From positions 1,286,366 to 1,350,365 of the forward strand of contig NW_015161410.1 in assembly GCF_001447785.1 (NCBI RefSeq): a DNA stretch of 64,000 nt, in the 5' to 3' direction. The translations under genes and the position numbers were made by a program. Shown piece by piece: positions 35,560 through 49,735 of the stretch. Positions within the stretch are counted from its first letter, which is position 1. Every line of letters starts with the position of its first letter. The notes under the pieces are model-generated. The model worked only from the letters and a program-made list of their open reading frames with translations. It was not told the DNA's origin and did not search any database. The stretch comes from Gekko japonicus (lineage: Eukaryota).

Positions 35560-38500
35560 AACAAGGAGCAAATGCAGGTTTTCTATGCTGCCTAATCTCA
35601 GGTCAAGCAAATCTCAAGTCTTTTCTAAGTCACTTCAGAATGTAGTGCTGGAGTAGTTCCAGACAACCATGTGCTGTGTTCTAGGTCAGCATGAAGAAAA
35701 TAATTCATGACCTACTGAAGGGAACTTCTGGGTCAACATCAAGTACCAGTACCGTCTTTATTCCCTACTTGTGAACGTCAAGAGGCAGGTTTCAGACAAC
35801 TGACTCCATTCCCATGCCCCCATGCAAGTTAATTTCCACAGCCTGTTGGGATAATGATGTTTAGTGGCTACTGTTGGATGCTGTATGATAGATGGACTTG
35901 GCCTTGCTCAGGATGTTACTTCTTATGGTTTAAAGGCCACATGAGACTAATGTCAGTTCCACACACACGACATACCAGGTAGTGTAAATTAGTCTTGGAA
36001 GTAAAAATGTTAACAGTGAGTAAACATCTAATTCACTGTATCATGTTGCATGTGCTGGATCAGACCAGTGGTGGCCACTGTTGGATGCTGTATGATAGTT
36101 AGATGCAACCAGCCTATTTCCCTGGAGGATCAAGATAAACAGGAATGTCTAGACATCATTATCCCCACATTCTGTGGAAATTAACCTGCATCGGGGCATG
36201 GGAATAGAGTAGCAGCCTGAAACCTGAGGTTTTGAAGGCAAAATTAATTTTAGACAGCAAGTTTCCCTTCATATACCACCTAGTATTTGGCTTTTGAAAT
36301 TGTATAGCGTGTGACCAATAGATCATTCTTCTCGTCTCGTCCTAAATTTTTTGAAATAGTCCTTTGGGAAAATCATCTTCTAAGAATTCTTCAAACACCC
36401 TTTTTCTACTTCTTATCTCAAGTACTTTTGTCTTATGGGTTAATTGTTTTTGCAGTGAATTTTACACATTTCTAAGAGAAGCAAAATTGGGATATGGGGG
36501 AGTATTATCTTTGATTTCCAGTTATTGCGCTTCAAAACAATTATAAGACAGAGATTTTACCAACTTCTTATTTTTTTTAGAATAAGACTGGATATGGAAG
36601 CCAATATTTTTTCTTCGATTAATGCATCCAGTAGATTAGTAAATATATGAAGCCGCCTTAAACTGACTTCATTTTATAGACCCACCTAGGTATGTTCCCA
36701 CAATTAATCTGACTGGTAGCAACCATTCAAAGTCTTTTGCAGCTCTGTTGCCTGAGAGTTTGAGATACTGGGACTGGCATATGCAAAACATATGTTCTGC
36801 CATTAAGTTTATGGCCCCTCACTATATTGCAACATTCTAGGATTCTGTTCTGTAATACTGATTATTGTGCTACTTTTTTTGGTAAGATAGCCTTGAGTTT
36901 ATTAGATAAAGCTTATATCAAAGTTCAGTAAGCAAGTATAAATATATGAAAAGAGGTGCACAAATTGATGATAAATTCTACATAATCATGCTTGTAGCCA
37001 TTCCTTATGTGGATCCTTGATTGGGTATTTTCCTGGAGTTTGTACAGATAATCTTTCGTATTATTAATTCAGTTCTCCTCCTTAGAAGCATAGGCAGTTT
37101 TTTCCTCTGCTTTTACTTTACTGGTAAGTCTTTTCACAGCAGAGCACTCCACTGGCATCTGCATAACTTCTTATCCTTAATGTTAACCATCCTGGCAGTT
37201 TTATCCTCATTAGGTACATAGATTTAAAATCAATGGGATGGGACAGAGTGGCCCAAAACATCACAGTGCTTTCTAAATTCTTATAAGAATGATTTGGTTT
37301 CAGCTTGGTGGCCTATCCATCGCTTTGTAATCTGAATTGTGGTATCTGCTCTACCAGTCCAAGAATTGGCCCTGCTTCTGATGCAGTTCTGTTTGTTATG
37401 TGAAAGATAAGTCATCCCCCTGTCTCACTGAATTACTAGAAACAAATCTCTGCTCAGAAAGACAAAGACATACCCACTTGTCTGGTAGTATCATTGTTTC
37501 AGTATTATAAGCATCTCTCACTGGATCTATTGTCCAATTATATTTTTGCATCTAGTGATGGCAGTTGTGATTATAGAACACCTACATGGAAAGAGAAACA
37601 TTATTTTTCTGACATAAGTTATGAGAGAAACTAATAGTGCTTTCTTTCTTGACCTGTCTTAATTCTTGAGTGGAAGGGTTTCCAGGACCTTGACAGTTCA
37701 GGTTTTGGAGCTCAGAGCAAAAGGGTAGAGCTGACTGCTAGCTCATCATGACTGCATATTTGGCCAATAAAAGGTATTTGAATTTGAATTTGACTGCATA
37801 TTTGATGGCATCTTCTAATACTTCTGTGTGGTAACTATTACTCGTATCAAATGGAAATGGGAGGCAACTGTCTTGCATTAAGGTTCTACTTTTGGCACAC
37901 AGTTCATATTTTGCATGTGATAAGTAGTCTATATATCTAATTCTCAAAATTGGCCCCCTGTGTGTGGATACTTATTTCTGCAGATCAGGGGCACATGGAG
38001 GGAAAAGAGATTATTCTGCACACTTGGGGCACTCTCCAGGTCAACAGAAAAATCTAAAAACTTTAAAAAAGGATATGGGGGATACTTAAATCCCCCCAAA
38101 AGCACAACAGCCTTTTCTGCTCATGTACAGAGAATGGACTTACCAAAGATGAGGAGCCTTCTCTCCCCCTCCTTGGAAAGCGACTGTTTTGAGCACGTGA
38201 CTGCCCTTAGCAATGACTTTCCTAGTGACGAGGCCTTCACAGGCTTTTCCTCTTTTGGGAAGATGGTCGGAAAGTGGCGGGTAGCTTTGTGGCTGAGCCT
38301 ATACTCACTTGGCCTCCCAGGCACTGCCACCACTGCCAGGCTCAAAGAGGAGAAGAATGAGGGGAGAAAGAAGGGGGAGGGGATTGGCTTGGGGGGGAGA
38401 GAGAAAGGGAAAGATGGGGGGATTTGTTTGGGGGGGNNNNNNNNNNNNNNNNNNNNNNNNNNNNNNNNNNNNNNNNNNNNNNNNNNNNNNNNNNNNNNNN

Positions 38501-39155
38501 NNNNNNNNNNNNNNNNNNNNNNNNNNNNNNNNNNNNNNNNNNNNNNNNNNNNNNNNNNNNNNNNNNNNCTCCTCTCCGCAAGTTTCTTGTGAGTCGCCCC
38601 TTGTCTCTTATAAACCCATAAGCCCCAAGATTGTGACAGAACACATTCCAGGATACCAGGGTAGATCCTGCTTCTATCTTACCACTCCACTGAGCAAAGT
38701 TTGAAGGCTTCCTGCAGCCTAAGAATCTTTCTTTTAAATTAAGTGGATCTTCCTCTAACAGAAGAGATGGTTAAAGAGATGGCCAAGTGGGGCTTCTGCC
38801 CAGCAGGGTTTCTGATGGCCATTCCAGATATGATTGTCTATGCAGATTTTTAGAAAGTTTTTTCAGCAGCTGCTGCTGAAGCACAACATTTTTTACTGTA
38901 TGATTAAAGATAAGCTGTCTCTATGTGAGAAAATAGTGTTCAAAAATATGTTAGTTTTAAAAGGCATCCTTAGAGATAACCTGACTCATTGAGATTTTGT
39001 GGTTGTCTCTGCCTCTTTTGGCAGCCATTTTGTGGTTACACCCACCATCCAGTGTCAGAATTCAACAGGCTTAAAGAGGTTTGGGACTCTTGTTGTAGTT
39101 TCTCTCATAATCTTGTATAGTTCTTCTTACACTCGTAGTGGTTGGCCCTTCACAA

Positions 39156-39334
39156 TAGGACTGCCAGCCTCCAGGTGACAGAGATCAGTTCACCTGGAGA
39201 AAGTGGCTTCTTGGAAAGGTGGAGTCTATGACATTATACCTCACTGGGTCTCCCCCCCCCAATCCCCACCCTCCACAGGCTCCACCCACCCCCCAATCTT
39301 CAGATATTTTCCAACCTGGGGCTGGCAACCCTAT
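39156..39334. mobile_element. Short hAT-type MITE (TAGGGTTGCCA family)
   Basis: Ends taggactgccagcc / ggctggcaacccta. Confidence 0.55.
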
Positions 39335-41459
39335 CTACTTAAATTGTTCAGAATGAAAATGCCGACAAATCTGGAAAAGTTCAACTATTGTCTTTTAATA
39401 TTTAATGATGTTTATTGTTGTAGATTAGTGCATGCTCATTTATTTGTATTGAATATGTGAGCTACCTCAAGAACCGTTGTTGGTTGAGAGTGCAGAGTAG
39501 GTGTATTTTGAATTAATAAATAAATAAATGGTACTTTGACATTTGGGTATACCTGTAGAGGGTTTCTGCCAGTTCTGAAGTTGTTAAAAATCTAAATTAA
39601 TTCCACAATCGCTGTTTGCTTGTTTTTAGAAAAACTTCAGATCTCAGCTCCAGATTTCAAATATCTTCAAACCAGGCTATTAAGATCAGCTCTTGGAACT
39701 CCATCAAATACAGTAATTGTATTTGCTACCTCTTAAAGCAAAAATACACATTAGATTGTTGAGCTGTTCGAACAAACCTTTGCAGTTATCCTGAGACAGG
39801 ACAAGCAGAAGTTGTTTTTCTTGGATGGCCTAATTTTAAAAGTGTGTGTGTGTTTTGTGCGTACAAGCATGTGTGGCTTGTAATTATGGCTTATTGTTCC
39901 TCTAGCAAGAATCTGTCTGAGACAAAAAAAAGTTGCAACTTTCCAGATAATTGACCTTTTTACCAAGATGAAGACTTAGTTTTGTATTACTAATTTTAAA
40001 GTTTCCTGCTGGTATGCTAAGCTACAAACATGAATGTGAATTATATCTAACGGATTTAACTAGTTTCACTGTTAGGAAGTCTTAATGCTGCTCATGCCAC
40101 CTGCTGTTATTATTAACAAATGATGTAGAAATATTCTTTTTGTTTCCTTACTCTGCTGATGTGGCAATGGTGTCATGAAAGATACGGCTAGCTGTTTATT
40201 GAAGAGCTCAGTTTGAGGAAACTCTACGTTTCTCCCTAAATTATTGGCAAGATGAGGTCATTGGTCAGCCTTTGACTATTTGTTGGGAAATCTAGATTAG
40301 CAAAATACTAAATGAGTTGCTGACTTTGTTCTGCCCAGTTGTTTTGAGTGGTTGTGATATTGGAAGAGTCTGATGATTAATTTTCCTGCTTATGATTTAT
40401 TGATGTTGTATTTGTCTATATTTGTACGGTTTTATTCCTTAGGGTCCATAGGCAGTACAAAATAAACTGTGTTGTTGAGTTTATTGACGTTAAAATATAC
40501 ATTTTCTGCTTCAAACAGATGACCTTTTGTTTAGGTTATGGGAACTGTGGGTCTACAGTAGCAGGACAAAGCCACACCAAAGATTCCTCCAACAGCTGAG
40601 CACCCAAGTGAAGCACTGTAAATGCAGTTTTTCATACCATTGTAGATACTGTCAGCCACAAATAACAGATACAGGAAAACTGTTACATTGAATTGCAAGG
40701 AGCCTTGTTGTGGCATGTTAAGGACTGATTGACTTATTGTGGTAGTAGACTGTAGTTTGGGAAAGCTTGTGCTGTGATCAATCTGCTACCTTTGAGGTGT
40801 CATAAGACCTCTTTTGCTTCGTTGCAACAAACTTAGCCTTCCCTTCTGAAATGCATCGTGTTTAATTCGTCTTATGTGCCAACTGAATTTATACACATGC
40901 ATTTTTAACTTCAGAATTAAGATTCTGCCCTGCATATTACAAGGACATAAAAGTTATGTGTTTGTGTGTATATACTCCCAAGCTAATAAAATGATGTGCT
41001 CTTCAGAGAGGATGCTAGAAGTGTGTTGATAATAGCATGTGCATAGAGTTGGGCAAAATTTATGAATCAGGGAGGAAAAACAGTTCTATGTTCACAGACA
41101 TGCAAGGCCAAGCCTAGAAGCTCTGTACAATGTTTCCATGTGCCTCATGAGCACCTCTGCCTGCCCCTCTGCATCTAGAACCCACAGTAAACCCTTTGTT
41201 CCCTCAAAGCACATATTTTTGAAAGCACTTCCACCCTGCCTTTCTGACATTTCAAGCCTCTAAAGTAGCTTTTGATCGAATTAGAAATACTTCATCATAA
41301 TAAAAATAACAAAACCTAGAAGGAAAAATTAATGCAGCAGCAAAACAATAATTGCAAATATTGACAGTCCAGACTTCACAAACTTTAGAGAGATGTAAAG
41401 TCACAGCAACTTGAGAGAAAGAAAGATCTTTAGCAGACACCAAATGAAGAAGAAGAGTT

Positions 41460-42195
41460 AACTGGCAGAGACTGACCCAGAGAGAGATTTTGGAGTCATC
41501 GTAGATAACTCAATGAAAATGTCTAGATAGTGTGCGACTGCAGTAAAAAAGGCCAATGCTATGCTGGGGATTATTAGGAAGGGAATTGAAAACAAATCAG
41601 CCAGTATCATAATACCCCTGTATAAATCAATGGTGCGACCTCATTTGGAGTACTGTGTACAGTTCTGGTCACAACACCTCAAAAAGGATATTATAGCATT
41701 GGAAAAAGTGCAGAAAAGGGCAACTAGAATGATCAAAGGGTTGGAACACTTCCCCTATGAAGAAAGGTTAAAAAGCTCTTCAGTTTGGAGAAACAATGGC
41801 TGAGGGGGTGACATGATCAAAGTTTATAAGATTGTGCATGGGATAGAGCAGGTTGAGAAAGAGGTACTTTTCTCCCTTTCTCACAACACAAGAACTCGTG
41901 GGCACTCAATGAAATTGCTGAGCAGTTGGGTTACAACAGATAAAAGGAAGTACTTCTTCACCCAAAGAGTGATTAACACATAGAATTCACTGCCACAGGA
42001 GGTGGCGGCGGCTACAAGCATGGACAGCTTCAAAGGGGAATTAGATAAACATATTGGAGCAGAAGTCCATCAGTGGCTACTAGCCACAAGGTATAGATAG
42101 GAACTCACAGGCCGGGGCAAGTGATGCTCTGTATTCTTGGTGCTTGGAGGGGGGGGGCAACAGTGGAAGGGCTTCTAGTGTCCTGACCCCACTTC
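41460..42195 (+). mobile_element. CR1 LINE 3' fragment
   Basis: Peptide LYKSMVRPHLEYCVQFW…LEKVQKRATRMIKGLEHFPYEERLK, typical of the CR1 ORF2 C-terminus, followed by 3'UTR. Confidence 0.88.
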
Positions 42196-44029
42196 TGAAG
42201 ACAAAACATCTGTAGGGTAGCTGTGGTAGAGAATCATAAAAGTTATACCATTGCTGACTAAGCTGTGGTATAACATTTGGAAGCTCACCACAACCCCCAG
42301 TGTAGTCCAGATAGGTGGACTAGAAGTTCGCTTCTAGTCAGACCTTGCAGAGAATTTGGCATAAAGCTAGACTGTTACAACAGGAAGGCATGTCTGTCAA
42401 TGCCCAGGAGAGTGAAGTATAGCTAACATAAAGCCACATATTTGTGGCCTCCTGATCTGCTAGAATATATGCAATGTACGATTTTGAGCATTCACGACCC
42501 TGGTCTTCTCAGTGATTTATAATCTTGTTTTGTTTCATACCTAAATACAATGCTGCAGGTTTTCTGATTTTATTCCTTTGCATGGTTGGTGTCTGTGCTT
42601 GGTTACCTAGGAAACTGCTTCTGTGTGGAATTTGATTTGTTTGGCTGTCAGAGTTATGGCTGAAGTTTCAAGTGGAGAGTGGTGTGCATAGAGGAAATGT
42701 CTGCCAGTACAACTGTTGAACACTGGGAAGTTTTGGTTCAGTACACTATAGCAGGCAAAGTAGAAAGAAGTCAGGACATGTTGGATATGTGGTTTATCCA
42801 AGGCATTTTCTTTGTTACATTTTGGAATGTTGAGGTCATTAAAAAAATGTAGCAAGGCATATATCCAGCCATCTTTTGACTCTCCTAAATGTGAGGTATA
42901 GGATTGATCTTCCATACCCTTATTAGAACGAAGTTCAATTGAAATCATGTTCTGAGATTGGTCAGAGTTCAATTTAAACCCATGGTTCTTAACCAGGGCT
43001 TTCTGCAGGTAGCACATTACCTACCAGTAGAGTGCTGTCTTCTGCAGAGTATCTTGCACATTCCCTAGAACAGTATGGGAATATTTTGGTATGGTGACCA
43101 CAAGTCCAAATTTACTTTGGTGTCCTAGAAGAACTATGACCTTGGCCCCCATCTATTCCAATTGACCAACATTACACAAAGGGTGTATGTGCCTCTCTAT
43201 GAACCCCAACCTCCATCTCCTCTGCCAGCTAGGCCAGAGCTGGAGTTTGAGAAGGGATGCTCAGGGGGCTGCTGGGTTGAGGAGATACATGAAGATCATG
43301 GCAGCAAAGAGGCTGGCAGCAAGGGGCTTGGTGCAGTACATCCCTGACAACAGGTAGAGGGCAGTGAGTCACTAAAGGGGGCTCGGCAAGAGGTTGGGCT
43401 GCTGAAGGAGCAGCACCCAGAACAAAGTCCATGCACGCACACAGCTGGCTCTTTCTGTCCTCCCCTGGGTTTTCCATAGCGTGCTGAACAGCTCCCACCT
43501 ACTCTTAGCTCCCCCCCCCTTCAGCTGCTACCATGAAATTATTAGTTGCTGGATGCCCCCCCCCCCAATTATTGTCACAAAGAGGGAGATGAGAATGTGA
43601 GAAGTTGGCGAGGAAAAAAGAATGAGATGGATGGAAAGGGCAGGAGCGGCCTGTGAACCACTTTGCAACCGAGAAGGCGCAGATAAACATTTGCTCTAGA
43701 CCTTTATTTTAAAAAGCTTTTAGTTCATAGGATTTGTCGCCGTGCTGCTTCTGGTCCTCCTTGGCAGTCCATGTTCTGCTTCAAGGACAGAACAAAACTC
43801 AGTAACAAGCTTGGGGGGAAGTAGCTTGGGATATTTTTTTCATTACTCAGAAGTAGCTCTCATTTGTAGGCAAAAGAACAAAACACAGTTTGAGTAATTA
43901 AAGAAAAGGTTGGTTTTGAGCCTGAGACCCAGGCCAAATGGCCCTATTCTGTTTCCTCCGCCCACTGGCCTTGACTGTCCACCAGAATAGAGTCTCTGAG
44001 GTGGTTTACAATTCTGTAACAGACAGAAA

Positions 44030-44236
44030 AGAAGAGTAGGTTTTTATTACCCCACTTTTTGTCTACTTTAAGGAGTTTCAAAGCAGCTTCCCTTCCTTCA
44101 ACAGGCACCTTTGAGGTTTGGTGGGGCTGAGAGAGTTCTGAGAAAGTTGTGACGGCCCAAGGTCACCCAGGAGGCTTCATGTGGAGGATTAGGGAATAAA
44201 ACCCAGTTCTTCAGATTAGAGTCTGCTTCTCTTAAC
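44030..44236 (-). mobile_element. Squam3-like SINE
   Basis: ggtggggctgagagag…aaggtcacccag…cagattagagtctgc…cttaaccact, homologous to the other copies. Confidence 0.7.
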
Positions 44237-45435
44237 CACTAGATCATGCTGGCTCTTAAAAAAAAAAAAAGGTAGCACCCCCTGAGCTTAAATCTTCTAC
44301 CACCCACTGAGTACACAGCATTATAATCAGCTATCCCCCAAGTTACAATTAAAAATTTAGGACACATAGACAGTAGTAACTTTATTTAGTGCATACAGCA
44401 ACACACCGATCTCAGATATACATTTGATGATGCCCTTATGCCCCATGTCCACGAGCCAGCTCCTTAATGGCAAATTGGGTTCCTATTGCTGAATGCTACC
44501 TTTTTTGGGTGTGTGTGTGAGACTGTGGAAGAAATGTAGGATTGTAATCTAATATCTTCCTTAACTTTCAACAAGCAAGGCATGCTGTAAATAACAAAAA
44601 AATAAATAATAACCTCAGGGTGGAGTGACTTCTTCTCCATTAACTGTTAGAAGCCATTGCAGATGGGGGGAAAGGGCTGCCTAAAATTCAGAATTTTACA
44701 CACACACCCAGTTCTAATCTATACCACCTCTGGATAATGTATGGCTCCCATTAAAAATGGCTGTTAAAATGTGATTTTTCAGTGTGAACTACTTGTGAAT
44801 GTTCAGTTTAGCAGGGAAGGGGGGGCATATTGACGTAGAATAAATGCAGGTGGGTAGCCATGTTAGTCTGAAGAAACAAAACAAAGTTTGAGTCCAGTGG
44901 CAACTTGAAACCAACAAAGTTTAATTCTGGGTATAAGCTTTTGTGTGCATAACTAGAATAACTTATGGGAATTTAGGCAAAGGTTCCCAGTAGCCATATT
45001 GGTCCAATGTAAAATCCAAAGTAAAAAATGTATCCTTTATGAATACCAATCAAAACAGTATGCAAGCTTTTGAGTTCTCCAGAATTCTTCTTTAGGCTGG
45101 ATGTTTGAAAAAGGGTTTGGGAGATGTTTTAAGACACAATTTTAAGTTGAGTATTGTGCAGAATATCAAGCAGTTGCTGGGTGGAACTGATATCACATGA
45201 ATTCTTTGGTCTTCTGGGAAGAAGAAAGAGAGCACGTAAACGTCCAAAGGAATTTTTTTAAAAAAAGATGTATCAAGTGTCTCTTTAACACCAGACACAA
45301 CACACATGTCCCTTTAAAGGCTGATAGCAGAGAGGAAGGTAGCAATCCACTGTACTGACAATGGGGAAAATTGCCATCAGCAAGTCACAGCTAACTAATG
45401 TTGACATCATAGTGTTTTCAAGGCAAGAGACAAAC

Positions 45436-45559
45436 AGAGGTGGTTTGCTGTTTCTTGACTTCCTTGGTGGACTCCCATCCAATTACTAACTAGGGCCAAC
45501 CCTGCTTAGCTGCTGAGTTCTGATAAGATTGGTCTAACCTGGGCCATTCGGGTTAGGGC
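45436..45559 (-). mobile_element. 5S rRNA-derived SINE (SINE3-type) head fragment
   Basis: Minus strand gctaagcagggttggccctagttagtaattggatgggagtccacc matches the 5S internal promoter region. Too diverged to be a 5S gene. Confidence 0.65.
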
Positions 45560-45765
45560 CAATGTTCCCTCGAAGCTGTGGAGTCTTGTGAGCAAAAATT
45601 CTACTTTGTGAGCTCCTGGCATTAAAGTTGTGAGCGAGCGATTTGGCTACTGCATAAGTTAGCTTGCTCTGGAGCCCTCCTTCCTGAGCTGAGACAAAAA
45701 TGTGTGAGCCGGAGGCTAAAAAACAGTGAGCTAGCTCACACTAACTCAGCTTAGAGGGAACACTG
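45560..45765. mobile_element. 206-bp non-autonomous hAT-type MITE (copy 2)
   Basis: TIRs caatgttccctcgaagctg / cagcttagagggaacactg. Perfect 8-bp TSD gttagggc. Confidence 0.88.
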
Positions 45766-47601
45766 GTTAGGGCACTGACAAAATTGGAGATTAATTTTAG
45801 TTGATGCAAAAAAATTCAATGGAAGCCAATTGGTGTGATGTTGCCAAGAGTTCAGAGGAACCCGAACCCTACAGTTCTTTCCCTCCAGTGGAATAATCCC
45901 TCTCTTTATTGGCAATGGCTATATTCAGGAATTTCTAGAACAGAGGTTATAGTTAGCCTTGTCAGTCCACATCCAAAACCAATTTAATATCTTTTATTAA
46001 GACCAGCCAAAATAACGCTGAACAGTATGTGAGTTTATGATTTCTCCAGACCGTGCTAGAAGGTACCACACTTTTGGAGGGGCCTCATAACTAATAATGC
46101 TTCAGAAGTTAACATTCGTGAAAGGAAACAGCTGTTGTACCTCTTTTCCCCAAATATTTTTGAAAAGAATTGTATATGCATACTCATATGCATGTGTACC
46201 TACTTGCACAATTATTATTCAATGAATGACTAAACAATTATTTCCAGTTATCACCTCTGCTCTGATATCTTGCCAATCCTATTATTAGCTTATTTAATCA
46301 GAAACCTGCTTTTCAGTATGTGCTCACCCAATTTCCTTTTGTGTTTCATTTATTTAACTGCTGTTGAGATAATAACAAGAATCTTTTCGAAGGACTTGGA
46401 GCTCCTGTATGTTTTTATTTAATTTATCTCCTCGCCCAGCTTCTTTGACTTGTAAAAAAAAGCTTGCTGTAATTTATTAGATTTACTATTTCTGGTGCTT
46501 ATTTAAGATGCATCTGAGCTATAGAAGCAAATCAATATTTACAGTGTATTAGTGCCACAGAGAATTTGAAGCTTGGCGATTAGAGTTCAGGGCTGTTTTA
46601 TCCACTCTTCAAAGCAACCTTAGACATCAAACGCCATCAGCCCTCTTCCAGGAATCTGTGACACTGCACTGGGCCCGCACATGGCCTTCATCTCACATTT
46701 TAATTATTGAAGCTCTTCTTTGATAATTGGTAAAGGATGTAATTCTGAAATCCCTGCATTAAATAAACTAGAAAATTATGGCTAACAATCTTTTATTGGG
46801 GAATTTGTTCAATACATGCTATGTTTATTGTTGAGTCCCAGCTGGGGAACTGCAGGATGGGGAAGGGAATTCGAAGACAAAAAGGTGGTTTTTGTGACTA
46901 ATTAAAGGACTGGGTGAGAATCCGCCGAAGTGGTTGTGGTGGACTGTTGTGGGAGTTTGTATATATGTATACTGTGCGATTGGTATTCTGGGCTTAACCA
47001 AGGGGCATAATAACCATGTATCATTAAAACTGTGGAATACACTTTAGATATGTTTAAGCAATTAGGCATTGTGATTGACTTTTGTCGGTTAAGTATGGAT
47101 ATTAGCATTAATCACTCACATATGAATATAGATTCATCCCACGGAGAGACTTCACGCTGGCAGTAGGCAGAGGTTTCGTACCATATCTTCTCATTAGCTG
47201 TGCGTTTAAATCTTTTGCAGGAGGGGAGGGGCCCATGAAACGTAGTTGGGAAGTAGTATTTAAGTGTCTCATTATACTGACTTCTGTGTTGATGAATTTA
47301 AAATGAGATTTTGGGAATTACAAGGTAATCAGTGAACATTATTGCCTTCATTATTTTTTATTTCTTTAGCTGCATATGAAAACGTGGGGTTTCTTTTTTA
47401 GGCAATTAATTCTTTCTTTTCTTTTTTTAAAAGAAAGATTAAAAACTTAGAATTTAGTGCCTGGTAGAGGAAGAATTGGTAAATGTTGATGAAGTGTCTC
47501 CCCCCCCCTTCTCATGAGATACTGTTGGATTTGAATTTGGGTTTCTTTATAGACATTTAATTCAGTATTGTATAAGTTACAAGGGGAACCCGTTGTTATA
47601 A

Positions 47602-48110
47602 TTGTTGTTGCTCAGTCACACAGTCGAGTCCGACTCTTCACAACCCCATGGACCAGATCACGCCAGGCCCTCCTGTCTTCTGCCATCCTCTGAAGTTGGC
47701 TCAATTTCATGTTCGTTGCATCAGTGACACTGTCTAACCATCTCATCCTTTGCCGTCCCCTTCTTCTTTGATCTTCAGTCTTTCCCAGCATCAGGGCCTT
47801 CTGCAGTGAGTGCTCCCTTCTCATTTGGTGGCCAAAGTATTTGAGCTTCAGTTTCATTATCTGGCCTTCCAGGGAACAGTCAGGGTTGATTTCTTTTAGG
47901 AGTGACTGATTTGATCTCCTTGCAGTCCAAGGGACTCTCAAGAGTCTTCTCCAGCACCATAGTTCAAAAGAATCTATTCTTCGGCGCTCGGCCTTCCTTA
48001 TAGTCCAACTCTCGCAGCCATACATGACTACTGGGAATACCATTGCTTTGACCATGCGGACTTTTGTTGGCAGGGTGATGTCTCTACTTTTTATCATGCT
48101 GTTTAGGTTC
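47602..48110 (-). mobile_element. RTE-BovB 3' fragment (~510 bp)
   Basis: Near-identical to 32611-33123, with an open frame KSRDITLPTKVR…RWLDSV and a (CAA)n tail. Confidence 0.92.
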
Positions 48111-48719
48111 CCCAGCATTGTTGCTTGCTTTCTTGCATAACAAACCAGAATTCCAAATGATATGTTAATCCTGGTTTGGATGTCTGATGTCTGATTCTGA
48201 CATCATGTCCAGTGACCATGAAGTCTTCAATGATTGTCAGGAATAGTAGAGATTACAGTGGTCAGTGAATAATAAATATTTTAGAGGCTATGCATCAACT
48301 TTAGAGGCCATAGGCTCCAACAGACCTATGCTTATGGGAAGTGGAGGAGATAGAATAAGTGCCAGGTGGTTTCTACTAATTGAAAGACACTGATCTTGTG
48401 TGAGCAGAAAGTGTCTAATGCAGGGGGAATGTAATCTGCAATGGAGGGTCACATCCACATTGGCAAATGGCACAGCAGATGGTATAACACCAAGCCAGAA
48501 TGTTATATTCTGCTAAGGACGTAATACCATCCCATGACCTAAAATATTTAGATGGAGAAAGGAATCTAGGAGACAGAAATGAAAAATAGATTCCAATAAT
48601 GGGTGACTGCAATAAAACTCATAGCAACTGCTGTCATTGAAATGTACTTTTATTGGGTAAGTTTACATTCAGGTTATAGCAAATAAGTTTTTGGGTCTGA
48701 AAGTTGACTATGCTTTATT

Positions 48720-49735
48720 GGGATCGGGAATCAGGCTCCTGGTCTTTGGTGTGGTCCCATTGGTGCCAGTGCTGAGTGTAAGGAGTCTTGGGGTGTTGCT
48801 GGATTCCTCATTTACTGTGTAGGCCCAGGTCACTTGGGTCACCAGATTGGCCTTCTATCATCTTTGGCTAATCAGGCAACTGGTTCCTTATCTTGCCTCC
48901 CCAGGACTTAGCTACAGTGATCCATGCAATAGTCACTTCCAGGCTTAGATTACTGTAAAACATTCTACTCAGGGCTATCCTTGAGCCTGATCCAGAAATT
49001 GCAGCTAGTGCAGAATGCAGCAGCACACCTGCTGATAGTAATGCCTGCACAGGTGCACATTCAGCTGGAGTCGCACCAGCTGCACTGGCTGCCGATCGAA
49101 TACAAGATCTGGTTCAAAGTTATGGTTTTGACCTTTAAAGCCCTATGCAGCCTGGGGCCATCATAGCTGCAGGACTGCCTCTCCCCATATGAGCCCTAGA
49201 GAGAGTGCTCTCTCTCTCTCTCCCCCCCCTCTCTCTCTCCCCCCCCTCTCTCTCCCTCTCTCTCTCACACACACACACCCCGCCCTCCCCACTGGAACAG
49301 GCTCAGGACAGCTTACATTAAAATTATGCTCTTCTGACGTCCCAGGGGACATGTGCGTAGCCTTAACCAAGGCAAGGGCTTTTTCAGCTCTTGCCCTGAC
49401 CTGGTGGAATATGTTCCCATTTGAGATCAGGGCCCTGTGGGACCACTTACAGTTCCACAGTGCTTGTAAAATGGAGCTGTTCCTCCAGGGCTTTGGTTGA
49501 GGTGGCAGGCATTGAACCATTGCGGCCCCCTGTCCATGACCCTGACCATGACACCTTTCCCAGTGCCCTTGCTGTTCTGCACATTACTTGGGGACTGGAA
49601 TTTCTTGGGGCATGGGTTTTGGTTTTATCTGCTGCTGTTATTGTTTTATTGTTTTATTGTTTCTATTATTTGTTGGTTTTATGTTGTGAGCTGCCCTGAA
49701 CCCACTCCTGGAGTAGGGCAGGGTATAAATATACT
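48720..49735 (+). mobile_element. L2-clade LINE 3' fragment with an internal (CT)n/(CA)n microsatellite
   Basis: Peptide IQKLQLVQNAAAHLL…LHWLPIEYKI and tail tgtgagctgccctgaaccc…gggcagggtataaat. Confidence 0.75.

Noticed and set aside
45436-45559. Possible 5S rRNA gene, and possible tRNA genes at SINE heads
   Set aside because: Diverged and partial, and continuous with SINE bodies; not functional RNA genes.
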